This document shows, piece after piece, positions 35,493-44,725 of a DNA stretch of 64,000 nt. Below the pieces are notes generated by a model, which did not search any database, was not told the DNA's origin, and saw only the letters and a program-made list of their open reading frames with translations. Within the stretch, counting starts at the first letter, position 1; each line of letters begins with the position of its first letter. Both the position numbers and the translations under genes were made by a program. The DNA lies in contig SVSM01000002.1 of assembly GCA_015064295.1 (NCBI GenBank), positions 5,872-69,871 on the forward strand. Direction: 5' to 3'. The DNA is from Oscillospiraceae bacterium. GTDB lineage: Bacteria; Bacillota; Clostridia; Oscillospirales; CAG-272.

Positions 35493-36590
35493 ATGAGTGC
35501 CATGAGTCAAGAATTACTGGAATATGAGTGCCCCTGTTGCGGGGGCAAGATCGAATTTAACAGCACCATCCAAAAGCCCCAATGTCCTTATTGCGACACC
35601 GTCTTTGAGCCGGACGCCCTGAAGGGCTACGACGAGGCGTTAAAGCGGGAAGCATCGGACGATATGCATTGGGACGCTGCCTCCCACCGTCAGTGGAGCG
35701 AGGAGGACGGCGTCGCTGTCTATACCTGCAAATCCTGCGCCGGTCAGATCGTTTGCGACGATACCACGGCGGCCACCGCCTGCCCCTATTGCGGCAATCC
35801 CGTGGTCATGGTGGGAAAGCTGGCCGGCGATCTGAAGCCCGATCTCATGATCCCCTTCCGTCTGGATAAAAATGCGGCAAAGGAAGGTCTGAGGCGGCAT
35901 CTGAAGGGGAAGCGCCTGCTCCCCAAACGCTTTCGGGACGAGAATCGGATCGATGAGATCAAGGGTGTCTACGTTCCCTTTTGGCTGTTTGATGCCGATG
36001 CCGACGCCAGCGTGCGCTACCGCGCCACCCGCGTGCGGAGCTGGAGCGATTCCCGCTATCATTATACCGAAACCAGTCATTACGCCCTCTTGCGAGAGGG
36101 AACGGTGGGCTTTGAGCGCGTGCCGGCAGACGGATCCTCGAAAATGGAGAACGATCTGATGGAGTCCATTGAGCCTTACGACTTTGGTGAAGCAGTGGAT
36201 TTCCAGACCGCCTATCTTTCCGGTTTTCTGGCCGATCGCTACGACATCTCCTCCGAGGCCTGCTCCCAAGAGGTCAATCAGCGGATCAAGCAGACCGCCG
36301 AGCAGCTTTTGGCCGGCACCACCGTTGGCTACGCCACCGTCATACCTCAGCACAGTGCCGTGCAGTGCCGGGCGGGGAAGGTCCGCTATGCGCTCCTTCC
36401 CGTTTGGCTGCTCAATACCAGCTGGAAGGGGAAAACCTATTCCTTTGCCATGAACGGACAAACGGGAAAATTCGTGGGCAATCTTCCCGTGGATCGAAAG
36501 GCCTATTGGGGGTGGCTTGGCTGCCTGGCGGTGGGGATCACGGCGTTGGCCTTCCTGCTTTTATGGTGCATGGCTACGTTAGGAGGGTGA
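35493..36590 (+). CDS. Zinc-ribbon (TFIIB-type, YdjG-like) protein with a C-terminal membrane anchor
   Basis: CPCCGG...CPYC and CKSC...CPYCGNP zinc ribbons, with a C-terminal TM segment (WLGCLAVGITALAFLLLW). Confidence 0.65.
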   Translation: MSAMSQELLEYECPCCGGKIEFNSTIQKPQCPYCDTVFEPDALKGYDEALKREASDDMHWDAASHRQWSEEDGVAVYTCKSCAGQIVCDDTTAATACPYCGNPVVMVGKLAGDLKPDLMIPFRLDKNAAKEGLRRHLKGKRLLPKRFRDENRIDEIKGVYVPFWLFDADADASVRYRATRVRSWSDSRYHYTETSHYALLREGTVGFERVPADGSSKMENDLMESIEPYDFGEAVDFQTAYLSGFLADRYDISSEACSQEVNQRIKQTAEQLLAGTTVGYATVIPQHSAVQCRAGKVRYALLPVWLLNTSWKGKTYSFAMNGQTGKFVGNLPVDRKAYWGWLGCLAVGITALAFLLLWCMATLGG

Positions 36591-36595
36591 TCGAT

Positions 36596-37393
36596 ATGAA
36601 GCTTCGATATTGTGTTGTCATATTGGTATTGCTTTTCCTTTTTCCCACGGCAGCTTCGGCTCAGCGAACGCTCCCCCTTGTGGTGGATAATGCCGATCTT
36701 CTCTCGGATACCGCCGAGGGCGAGCTGATCCGTCGTCTGGAGCAGATCACCGCAGAACGGCAGTGTGAAGTCGCCGTGGTGACGGTGAGGTCTCTCGGGA
36801 GCAAGACGGCCCAGGCCTTTGCCGACGATTATTACGACCGGAACGGGTATGGCTATGGAGCCAACGACGACGGCGTCCTTCTGTTGATCGCCGTAACGGA
36901 ACGGAAATGGGCCATTACGACCCACGGTTCTGCCCGTAAAGCGTTGGGACGCGGAGCACTGGACGGTCTTGAGGACCGTGTGACGCCGTTTCTTACTGAC
37001 GGAGAGTATGCAGAGGCCTTCAAAACCTTTGCATGGGGGTGCGAATTCTATCTTCGCTATGAGGCGGATCCCTCTTCGGTGGATCGGGACAGCATTTGGC
37101 TGGCGTATGTAGACGACGAGGTGAGCCCAGGTATGCTGCTGCTGATCGCGGCGGCGATCGGCGTGGTGAGCTCCCTTTTGATCGTCAACGGTATGAAGGC
37201 CAAGCTTACCTCGGTGCGGAGCCGTGACGACGCCAACGGCTACGTTCGGGCCGGCAGCTTTGACGTGACGAAGAGCCGTGATATTTTTCTGTATCACACC
37301 GTTTCTCGCACCCGCCGGGACACTAATGGCTCCTCGGGCGGGCATCGAAGCTCCTCGGGACGTTCCCACGGCGGACGAAGCGGAGGCTTTTGA
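36596..37393 (+). CDS. TPM-domain (YgcG-like) secreted/membrane protein with a Gly/Ser/Arg tail
   Basis: Signal peptide MKLRYCVVILVLLFLFPTAASA. TPM-like core VVDNADLLS...EVAVVTVRSL...DDGVLLLIAVTERKWAI. Then a TM segment and a GGHRSSSGRSHGGRSGGF tail. ATG 36596 follows AGGAGGG. Confidence 0.7.
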   Translation: MKLRYCVVILVLLFLFPTAASAQRTLPLVVDNADLLSDTAEGELIRRLEQITAERQCEVAVVTVRSLGSKTAQAFADDYYDRNGYGYGANDDGVLLLIAVTERKWAITTHGSARKALGRGALDGLEDRVTPFLTDGEYAEAFKTFAWGCEFYLRYEADPSSVDRDSIWLAYVDDEVSPGMLLLIAAAIGVVSSLLIVNGMKAKLTSVRSRDDANGYVRAGSFDVTKSRDIFLYHTVSRTRRDTNGSSGGHRSSSGRSHGGRSGGF

Positions 37394-37432
37394 AAACAGG
37401 GATGTCTTCCGGTGTAAGACATCCCTGTTTTT
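37394..37432 (+). terminator. Rho-independent terminator of the SPFH operon
   Basis: 15-bp stem AAACAGGGATGTCTT / AAGACATCCCTGTTT followed by TT. Confidence 0.75.
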
Positions 37433-37496
37433 GCTGTCGGAGTTTTCTCCAACACGGTCGTTTGGTTACGTCATGGTTTTTGTCCATTATCCCACA

Positions 37497-37526
37497 TTGA
37501 CACGGTGTGCTATCCTATGGTACAAT
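37497..37526 (+). promoter_or_regulatory. Sigma-A promoter (extended -10) of the DUF1538 operon
   Basis: TTGACA, an 18-nt spacer, then TGgTACAAT. Confidence 0.6.
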
Positions 37527-37554
37527 ATAAGAAAGGAACAGTGGAGGTGCCGTT

Positions 37555-39081
37555 TTGCTGAAAGTACTCTCGGTCAAGATCAAGGAAGCCCTGATTTCGG
37601 TGCTTCCCGTTACCGCCATCGTCTTTTTCCTGAATCTCACGCCTCTGGTGAATTTTTCAGGAAAGGAAATGGGCGTTTTCCTGATCTCGTCGGTCTTTCT
37701 GATCCTCGGGATCGGGCTTTTTAATCTGGGTGCCGATATGGCCATGACGCCGATGGGGGAGTACATCGGCGCGGGACTTGCCAAGTCCAAAAAGATCTGG
37801 CTTCTGTTGGCCGTCGGCTTTGCCATGGGCCTTCTTATCACGGTGGCAGAGCCGGATCTGTCGGTATTGGCCTCCCAGGTCAAGGACGTCATGAACGGTA
37901 CCCTGCTGATCGTCTCGGTCGGCATCGGGGTTGGCATCTTTCTTCTGCTTTCTGTTTTGAAGATCCTGTTCCGAAAGCCCCTTTCCTCCCTTTTGATCTT
38001 TTTCTATATGCTGCTCTTTGCCATCACCTCCTTGGTGGTGCTGAACGGTAACGAGTTTTTCCTTCCCCTTGCCTTCGATTCGGGCGGTGTGACCACCGGC
38101 CCCATTACCGTTCCCTTCATTATGGCCCTGGGCGTTGGTATCGCCCTGACGCTGGGCGGTAAGAACGTCAGTGAAAACAGCTTCGGCCTCATTGCCATGT
38201 GCTCCATCGGGCCGATCCTTGCCGTGATGATCTTGGGCGTTTTTGTGCGAGGCGATATTGCCTATCAGGTGCCCGATTATCACATTGATAACAACCTCGG
38301 CTCGGCGCTCGGTAAGCTGATCCTTTCCACCGCCGAGGAGGTGCTGATCGCTATCGGCTTGATCATGGCCTTCTTTTTCCTCCTTCAGGTCTTTTGCCTG
38401 AAGCTGCCGAAAAAGAAGCTGGGGCAGATCCTGGTGGGAATCACCTATACCGTTCTCGGTCTTGTGATCTTCCTCACGTCGGTTGCCGTGGGCTTTATGC
38501 CCATCGGATATAAGCTGGGCACCGAGCTGGCGAGTAATCATCCCGCCCTGATCGTGATCTTCGGCTTTGTCATCGGCATGGTGGTGGTGCTGGCTGAGCC
38601 GGCCGTCCACGTGCTGAACAAGCAGGTGGAGGAGATCACGAACGGTACTGTCAGCAAGCGTTCCATGATGATCGCTCTGTCAGTGGGTGTGGGCATCTCC
38701 ATCGCACTGTCTCTTCTGCGGATCGTGCTGGATTTCAGTATCCTTTACTACGTGATTCCCGGTTACTTTATCTCCCTCGGCCTCTCCTTCTTCGTGCCGG
38801 GGCTCTATTCCGCCATTGCCTTTGACTCGGGTGGCGTGGCCAGCGGTCCCTTGACCTCCAGCTTTATCCTGCCCTTTGCGGTGGGTGTTTGCTGTGTTTT
38901 GCAGGGAGAGGATAAGGTCATGGCCGACGCCTTCGGCGTGGTGGCCATGGTAGCCATGACGCCGCTGATCACCATTCAGCTCCTGGGCTTCCGTGCCGTT
39001 ATGAGCCGCAGGGTCAGAGAAAAGATCGCGATGCACCGTATCATGAAGGCCGATGATGAACAGATCATTCGGTTTCTATAA
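37555..39081 (+). CDS. DUF1538-family polytopic membrane protein (two homologous halves)
   Basis: TTG start with GGAGG 7 nt upstream. Two internally repeated halves each carry FDSGGVTTGPITVPFI / FDSGGVASGPLTSSFI. This matches my memory of the DUF1538 family. Confidence 0.7.
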   Translation: MLKVLSVKIKEALISVLPVTAIVFFLNLTPLVNFSGKEMGVFLISSVFLILGIGLFNLGADMAMTPMGEYIGAGLAKSKKIWLLLAVGFAMGLLITVAEPDLSVLASQVKDVMNGTLLIVSVGIGVGIFLLLSVLKILFRKPLSSLLIFFYMLLFAITSLVVLNGNEFFLPLAFDSGGVTTGPITVPFIMALGVGIALTLGGKNVSENSFGLIAMCSIGPILAVMILGVFVRGDIAYQVPDYHIDNNLGSALGKLILSTAEEVLIAIGLIMAFFFLLQVFCLKLPKKKLGQILVGITYTVLGLVIFLTSVAVGFMPIGYKLGTELASNHPALIVIFGFVIGMVVVLAEPAVHVLNKQVEEITNGTVSKRSMMIALSVGVGISIALSLLRIVLDFSILYYVIPGYFISLGLSFFVPGLYSAIAFDSGGVASGPLTSSFILPFAVGVCCVLQGEDKVMADAFGVVAMVAMTPLITIQLLGFRAVMSRRVREKIAMHRIMKADDEQIIRFL

Positions 39082-39093
39082 GGAGGTGTGGGT

Positions 39094-39501
39094 ATGAATT
39101 TGCGAAAAGAAAAAAAGCAGGCTGAGGCCCGCGTCGGAAGACGGGGCGGCCAAAATCGCCCGCTGACACCTCCCAAGCTGAAGCTGCTGGTTACGGTTGT
39201 TAACCGACAAAAGGTGGAGCTTTACCTCGGCCTTTTGCAGGGATTTGACGTGAATATGCAGCTCTCCATGGCGGCCCAGGGAACCGCCAATACCGAAATG
39301 ATGGAGATGCTGGGCCTGACCGACCGGGACAAGGCGGTGATCTTCAGCATTATCCGTGAGGATCGCGCTGACGAGGCGCTTCGGTATTTAGACGAGAAAT
39401 TCCATACCATCAAGAACGGCAAGGGTCTGGCCTTCACCGTACCCATGACGGGCGTCATCGGCGTGGCCATCTATCAGTTCTTGAGTAACTACGAAGGATA
39501 A
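39094..39501 (+). CDS. PII-like signal-transduction protein (divergent, with a basic N-terminal extension)
   Basis: KLLVTVVNRQK...AQGTANTE...KAVIFSII has a PII-like beta-alpha-beta pattern. ATG 39094 lies 7 nt after AGGAGG. Confidence 0.55.
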   Translation: MNLRKEKKQAEARVGRRGGQNRPLTPPKLKLLVTVVNRQKVELYLGLLQGFDVNMQLSMAAQGTANTEMMEMLGLTDRDKAVIFSIIREDRADEALRYLDEKFHTIKNGKGLAFTVPMTGVIGVAIYQFLSNYEG

Positions 39502-39514
39502 CGGAGGAACGACC

Positions 39515-39841
39515 ATGAGTGCATATCCGTATGAGGTGATCTTCTGCATCGTGAATGCAGGCTACAGCGAAGCGGCCATGGATGCCGCCAAGAAATGCGG
39601 CGCCAAGGGCGGAACCGTCATCCACGCAAGAGGTACCGCCAATGCCGAGGCCGAAAAGGTGTTCGGCATCACCGTGGAGCCCGATAAGGAGATCGTCATG
39701 ATCCTGGTTCCCGATGGGCTGACGGACCAGATCCTCCACGGACTCTACCGCGAGGTGGGCTTGGAAACGGCCGGCCAGGGCATTGCCTTTGCCCTTCCCG
39801 TGGATAAGATCGTGGGTTTACAAATTGACCAGGCCAAGTAA
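39515..39841 (+). CDS. PII family protein
   Basis: EVIFCIVNAGYSEAAMDAAKKCGAKGGTVIHARGTA...KEIVMILV is PII/GlnB-like. Confidence 0.65.
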   Translation: MSAYPYEVIFCIVNAGYSEAAMDAAKKCGAKGGTVIHARGTANAEAEKVFGITVEPDKEIVMILVPDGLTDQILHGLYREVGLETAGQGIAFALPVDKIVGLQIDQAK

Positions 39842-39852
39842 AAAAGATAAAA

Positions 39853-39884
39853 ACACGCCGAAGCAATGCTTCGGCGTGTTTTTA
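39853..39884. terminator. Bidirectional terminator between the convergent operons
   Basis: ACACGCCGAAGC / GCTTCGGCGTGT stem flanked by A-runs and T-runs. Confidence 0.7.
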
Positions 39885-40205
39885 TTCGGTTTTCTTTGGG
39901 AGCTGTCGGATGGCCTCCGTCAGAAGAAGCAGCGCGATTCCTCCCCCGAACAGGAGAAGAAAGGGCAGGACGAAGCGGTCGAAATAGGCTTCTCTCGTGA
40001 CGTCTAGGATAAGAGGAACGTCGGGCTCATAGCGGTTTTCCTCGTTTTCGGTTTCCTCGTCCAGGCGGTCCTTGATGATGTTGCTGTCCCCCTCAATGAC
40101 CAAGGTCTCGCCGATGGGGTCCTCCTCGGGAAGCCAGTCGGCCGAAACGGGAAGGGTGAGCAGGCAGAGCAGGGAAAGAAGCAGGAGCAGATAGCGGTTA
40201 CACAC
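39882..40205 (-). CDS. Small secreted/anchored acidic protein, function unknown
   Basis: GTG start at 40205, 9 nt after AAGGAGG. Signal peptide ...LLLLSLLCLLTLPVSA. C-terminal TM segment. Confidence 0.5.
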   Translation of the reverse strand: MCNRYLLLLLSLLCLLTLPVSADWLPEEDPIGETLVIEGDSNIIKDRLDEETENEENRYEPDVPLILDVTREAYFDRFVLPFLLLFGGGIALLLLTEAIRQLPKKTE

Positions 40206-41286
40206 GGTCGGCCACCTCCTTACCGGCAGGGGCACGGCGGCCAGTGAGGGAAAAAAGCAGGTCGGCTCCTGCCGTGATCAGCAGGACGACGCCGCAGATC
40301 AGCGGGAAGATCCCGTTCCTTGGGGGAAAGAATTTCAGTGCCACGTAGCCGAGATAGGCCGCGCCCGCCGCAAGGGAGACCGAAAAGCCGGGATGGCAGG
40401 GCATACAGCGGAACAGCAGGGAGAGCAGGGGTGCCGATGCCATGGCGATCAATACGATGCCGGCAAGGGACAAGAGCTTACCGTCGTCGCAGAAGAGCAG
40501 GCATGCCGTACCGCCGCCCAAGGAAAAGGCCAGGGTAACGGCATTCCCCAAAAGATCCGTCACAACGCCGCCGAGCCCTCGGCCAAGCGTGATGGCCAAG
40601 GCGATCAGCAGCATGGTCCTTCGGTTTACATCCCATGGGAGGTCAAGGGAGGAAACGGCATAGGAGAGAGCCCCCGCGGCGATGGCCAGAAGCGGGACGA
40701 AAAGGGGAGAAAAGGGCGTTTTCGGCGCTCTTTTCAGGCGGTTTTCTTTCGCCTCGGGAAGGTCACAGCACTTATCGGTGGGACAGGCGAGGATCATGAA
40801 AAGGATGATCGAGAGATAGCCGTAGAAGGTCGCGTAACGGCCAAGGGCGGTCCCGAGAGCGGCACCCGCCGAAAGGAAGCCCATGCCCGACGCCCGAAAG
40901 GCCGACTTGGCCTGTACCGTCGAGGTGGAAAAAGCATGATAGACGGCGCTGCCCACGGCGGCCAGAACTACCTTCAGAGTGATGCCCAGCTCCACCGGCC
41001 ACAGGAAACCAAGGGTAAAGAGCAGAACGCCCAGGCGCACGCCGCTGTGGCGGGACCGTACGGCGCGGTCGGCCAGCAGGGACACGAGTCCTCGCATACC
41101 GACGGCAACGGTATTGAACAGAATGACCAGCAGGATCAGTCGATGGTCGCTGACGTGGCGGCTGACCTTGCCGAAGAGCATGGCAGCACAGGCGCAGGCC
41201 TCGGTGACGTTCATGATGGCATAACGCGTCACGATGGACGCGCTTGTCAGTTGGTTTTCGTAGCCCTTCACGGCGGTTCCTCCCAT
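40198..41286 (-). CDS. Polytopic membrane protein, function unknown
   Basis: About 10 hydrophobic segments. An alternative GTG start at 41271 lies 7 nt after GGGAGG. No family recognised. Confidence 0.55.
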   Translation of the reverse strand: MGGTAVKGYENQLTSASIVTRYAIMNVTEACACAAMLFGKVSRHVSDHRLILLVILFNTVAVGMRGLVSLLADRAVRSRHSGVRLGVLLFTLGFLWPVELGITLKVVLAAVGSAVYHAFSTSTVQAKSAFRASGMGFLSAGAALGTALGRYATFYGYLSIILFMILACPTDKCCDLPEAKENRLKRAPKTPFSPLFVPLLAIAAGALSYAVSSLDLPWDVNRRTMLLIALAITLGRGLGGVVTDLLGNAVTLAFSLGGGTACLLFCDDGKLLSLAGIVLIAMASAPLLSLLFRCMPCHPGFSVSLAAGAAYLGYVALKFFPPRNGIFPLICGVVLLITAGADLLFSLTGRRAPAGKEVADRV

Positions 41287-41404
41287 ACGAGTGAGATGAC
41301 AGTAGTATTATAACAGATTTTGGAAGGAGATGCAAGGGGGCGGAGGAGGCGGAAGCGGAAGTTTTTTCGGCGGCATAACGAAATTGTTACTTTTTTTCCA
41401 TTCC

Positions 41405-41433
41405 TTGACAAGCCCGTCCAATAAGAGTATAAT
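41405..41433 (+). promoter_or_regulatory. Consensus sigma-A promoter
   Basis: TTGACA (41405-41410), a 17-nt spacer, TATAAT (41428-41433). Confidence 0.7.
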
Positions 41434-41470
41434 GATAAAATAGAATACGATTGCGATTACGGAGTCTGTT

Positions 41471-42166
41471 ATGAAAAAGATCATTGCTATTTTCCTGCTT
41501 ATTGTATGCGGCGTCGGCCTTCTCTCCGCCTGCGGCGGTCGGGACGCTTACGTGCCCTCCGGCTTTCAGCGAGTCTCCCACGACAACGCCGATTACTATT
41601 TCTACGTACCGAACGGCTGGATTCCCGACCTTGCTACCGGCGTCACCGCCGCCTACGTGTCGGCTAAGGATCGCTCCTCGGTCAGCTTCATGGCCTTCGA
41701 GGTGGACGATACTCTGATCCAGGCCACCGTGGGTTCCTCGCAGAACGGCGAATCGGCCCCCGACAGCCAATCGGCCCCCGACAGCGAGGCGCTCACCTCC
41801 GATACCGACGAGCCGATGACCGACGAGCCCGCCACCGATGGCACGACCGCGGCCGATACCCTTCCGGAGGGGCTTCCCGAGATCACCACCGTGGAGGAAT
41901 ACTGGGCCTATTACGAGGGCCAGTTCAAGGCCACCTTCTCCGATCTCGCATATTCCGTCAACGGTGAGAATATGATGCTGGCGGGGATGAAGGCCAAGAA
42001 ATACGTCTATACCGCTACCGTTACGGGTCAGACCTACGAGTTTATGCAGGTGGTCGCCCTTAAGGCCGGTACCGTCTATATCTTCACCTATACCTCTACC
42101 GAGGACGTGTTTGACTCCCATCTGGAGGAGGTCAACGCCATCATCGGGTATATTTCGCTGAAATGA
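41471..42166 (+). CDS. Lipoprotein, function unknown
   Basis: Lipobox: MKKIIAIFLLIVCGVGLLSAC-GG. Confidence 0.7.
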   Translation: MKKIIAIFLLIVCGVGLLSACGGRDAYVPSGFQRVSHDNADYYFYVPNGWIPDLATGVTAAYVSAKDRSSVSFMAFEVDDTLIQATVGSSQNGESAPDSQSAPDSEALTSDTDEPMTDEPATDGTTAADTLPEGLPEITTVEEYWAYYEGQFKATFSDLAYSVNGENMMLAGMKAKKYVYTATVTGQTYEFMQVVALKAGTVYIFTYTSTEDVFDSHLEEVNAIIGYISLK

Positions 42167-43329
42167 CCGATTCCATCTATTTTGACAACAGTGCTACCAC
42201 GCCGGTTTCGGAGCGGGCCGCCCGCAAGGCTCTTGAGGCCATGACCCAGACCTGGGGAAATCCCTCCTCGGTTCACGGCAAGGGTGTGGAGGCCGAGCGT
42301 ATGGTGGCGGAGGCCAGAGCCCGCGTCATTCGCGCCTTGGGGATAAAGAATCCCCGCAGTGGCTCCCTGTTCTTTACGGGTAGCGGTACCGAGGCCGATA
42401 ATATGGCCGTTACCGGCGTTTTGCAGGCCAAGACCTTTCGCGGGACGCCGCGGGTGATCACCACCGACAGCGAGCATCCCGCCGTGCTGAACCCCCTCCG
42501 CGAGGCCGAGCTTCGGGGTGTGGAGGTCATCCGTCTTCGTACCCGGGGCGGCGTCATCGATTTCGACGAGCTGTCCCAAGCCCTGACGCCGGGTACCGTG
42601 CTGGTTTCCCTGATGCTGGTCAACAACGAGACGGGGGCTGTCTACGACGTAAAGCGTGCCTTTGCGCTGGCAAAGGAACGGTGCCCCGACGTGGTGACAC
42701 ATTGTGACGCCATTCAGGGCTTTACCAAGCTGGACTGCGATCCCAAGAAGCTGAACGCCGACCTGATTTCGGTCAGCGGCCATAAGATCGGTGCCCCAAA
42801 GGGCATCGGCGCTCTCTTTTGCGACGGTACCCTTTTGACCAAGAAAAGGATCGTCCCCATCGTCTTTGGCGGGGGACAGGAGAACGGCTACCGCTCCGGT
42901 ACCGAGAACGTACCCGGTATCGTTGCCTTCGGTGAGGCGGCCCTGGAGCGTACCGAGAGCAGGGAAGAGGACTACGCTTGCGTGTCCGCCCTTCGCAGAA
43001 CGCTGCTTGAGGGGCTTCCCCACGGTGTGACCGTGAATACCCCTCGGGGTGATTATCTGCCTCATATCGTCAGCATCACCGTGCCCGGGATCAAGAGTGA
43101 GGTCCTGGTGCGGGCCTTATCGGCAGAGGGGATCTACCTGTCGGCCGGCTCGGCCTGCTCCTCCAAAAAGCTGAAGACCAGTGCGGCTCTTACCGCCTTC
43201 GGGCTTGCTCCCGAGGATGCCGACTCGACCGTCCGCGTCAGCCTCTCTCACCGCAATACGGCGGAGGAGACGGCAATCTTCTGCCGGGCTCTTGCCTCGG
43301 CGATGACGCGGTTGGCAAGAAAGCGCTGA
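42163..43329 (+). CDS. Cysteine desulfurase (NifS/IscS class V aminotransferase)
   Basis: YFDNSATTP...GNPSSVH...SGHKIGAPKGIGALF...SAGSACSS. Confidence 0.9.
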   Translation: MTDSIYFDNSATTPVSERAARKALEAMTQTWGNPSSVHGKGVEAERMVAEARARVIRALGIKNPRSGSLFFTGSGTEADNMAVTGVLQAKTFRGTPRVITTDSEHPAVLNPLREAELRGVEVIRLRTRGGVIDFDELSQALTPGTVLVSLMLVNNETGAVYDVKRAFALAKERCPDVVTHCDAIQGFTKLDCDPKKLNADLISVSGHKIGAPKGIGALFCDGTLLTKKRIVPIVFGGGQENGYRSGTENVPGIVAFGEAALERTESREEDYACVSALRRTLLEGLPHGVTVNTPRGDYLPHIVSITVPGIKSEVLVRALSAEGIYLSAGSACSSKKLKTSAALTAFGLAPEDADSTVRVSLSHRNTAEETAIFCRALASAMTRLARKR

Positions 43330-43378
43330 CCTTTTTGTAACGCTGCCCCATCCATTTCCAAAACGGAGATAACAGGAT

Positions 43379-44725
43379 ATGTACGACTTTCACGGAAAAA
43401 CCGTAGCGGTCATTGGCCTCGGCATCTCGAACACCCCCCTTATCGGGTGGCTTCTTGACCGAGGCGCTCTTGTCACCGCCCGGGATAAAAAAGCATTCGA
43501 CGCCCTCCCCGACGCCGTCCGTGCCTACGAGGCGAGGGGTGTTCGCTTCCTTTGCGGCGAGGGCTATCTTGACGATCTCACCGAAGAGGTGATCTTCAAG
43601 GCCCCCGGCCTGCGCTACGACCTGCCTCCCATTGCCGAGGCGGTCAAAAACGGAGCTTGGCTTACCTCCGAGATGGAGCTTTTCTTTGCCCTTTGTCCCT
43701 GTAAGATCGTAGGCGTGACCGGCTCTGACGGAAAGACCACCTCCACCACTCTGATCTACAAGTGCCTTGCCTCGGCTTACGGTGAGGATAAGGTCTTTGT
43801 GGGAGGAAATATCGGTAAGCCCCTCCTGCCCGAGCTTGATAAGATGGATGAGAGCTGCTTTGCCGTGGTGGAGCTTTCCAGCTTCCAGCTTCATACCATG
43901 AAGCACTCCCCCGACATTGCCCTCATCACCAACCTCTCCCCCAATCACCTGGATTACCACAAGGGGATGGCGGAATACGTAGAGGCCAAGACCAATATCT
44001 ACCGCCACATGAAGCCCGGCTCGGTGGTGGTCCTGAACGGCCAAAACGAGGTGACCAAGAGCCTTGGCGGTGACGCGCCCGAAGGGGTCACCGTCCGCCG
44101 TTTTCTTGCGGGTGAGGCGGTGGTCGAGGAGGGTTATATCGTCTGCCATGGACGCAAGATCTTAAAGACGGACGATATTCTGATTCCGGGTCATCACAAC
44201 ATTGAAAATTACTGCGGTGTGATCTGTGCTCTTGACGGACTCGTTCCCGACGAGATCATCCGCGAGGTCGCCCGCACCTTCGGCGGGGTGGAGCACCGCA
44301 TTGAGCTGGTGCGCGTCAAGGACGGTGTGCGGTATTATAACAGCTCCATCGACAGCAGTCCCACCCGTACCACCGCAGCGCTGAATGCCTTTGAGGAAAA
44401 GGTCATCGTGATCTGCGGCGGCTACGACAAGCACATTCCCTTCGAACCTCTTGCTAAGCCCCTTTGTGAGAAGGCTAAGACGGTGGTGCTGACCGGTGCT
44501 ACGGCAGGAAAGATCAAGGAGGCGCTTGTAACCTCCCCCTGTTACCGCGAGGGCTACCCCAAGATCTTGGAGGAGAGCGATTTTCACTCTGCCGTTCTTG
44601 CCGCTTCCCGTGAGGCTAAGGAGGGGGACACTGTCCTTCTGTCCCCTGCCTGTGCCAGCTTTGATGCGTTCCCCAACTTTGAAGTCAGGGGCAATACCTT
44701 TAAGGAGATCGTAAATGAGCTCTGA
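43379..44725 (+). CDS. murD: UDP-N-acetylmuramoylalanine--D-glutamate ligase
   Basis: VIGLGISN...GVTGSDGKTTSTTLI...NIENYCGVI...ASFDAFPNFEVRG. Confidence 0.93.
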   Translation: MYDFHGKTVAVIGLGISNTPLIGWLLDRGALVTARDKKAFDALPDAVRAYEARGVRFLCGEGYLDDLTEEVIFKAPGLRYDLPPIAEAVKNGAWLTSEMELFFALCPCKIVGVTGSDGKTTSTTLIYKCLASAYGEDKVFVGGNIGKPLLPELDKMDESCFAVVELSSFQLHTMKHSPDIALITNLSPNHLDYHKGMAEYVEAKTNIYRHMKPGSVVVLNGQNEVTKSLGGDAPEGVTVRRFLAGEAVVEEGYIVCHGRKILKTDDILIPGHHNIENYCGVICALDGLVPDEIIREVARTFGGVEHRIELVRVKDGVRYYNSSIDSSPTRTTAALNAFEEKVIVICGGYDKHIPFEPLAKPLCEKAKTVVLTGATAGKIKEALVTSPCYREGYPKILEESDFHSAVLAASREAKEGDTVLLSPACASFDAFPNFEVRGNTFKEIVNEL

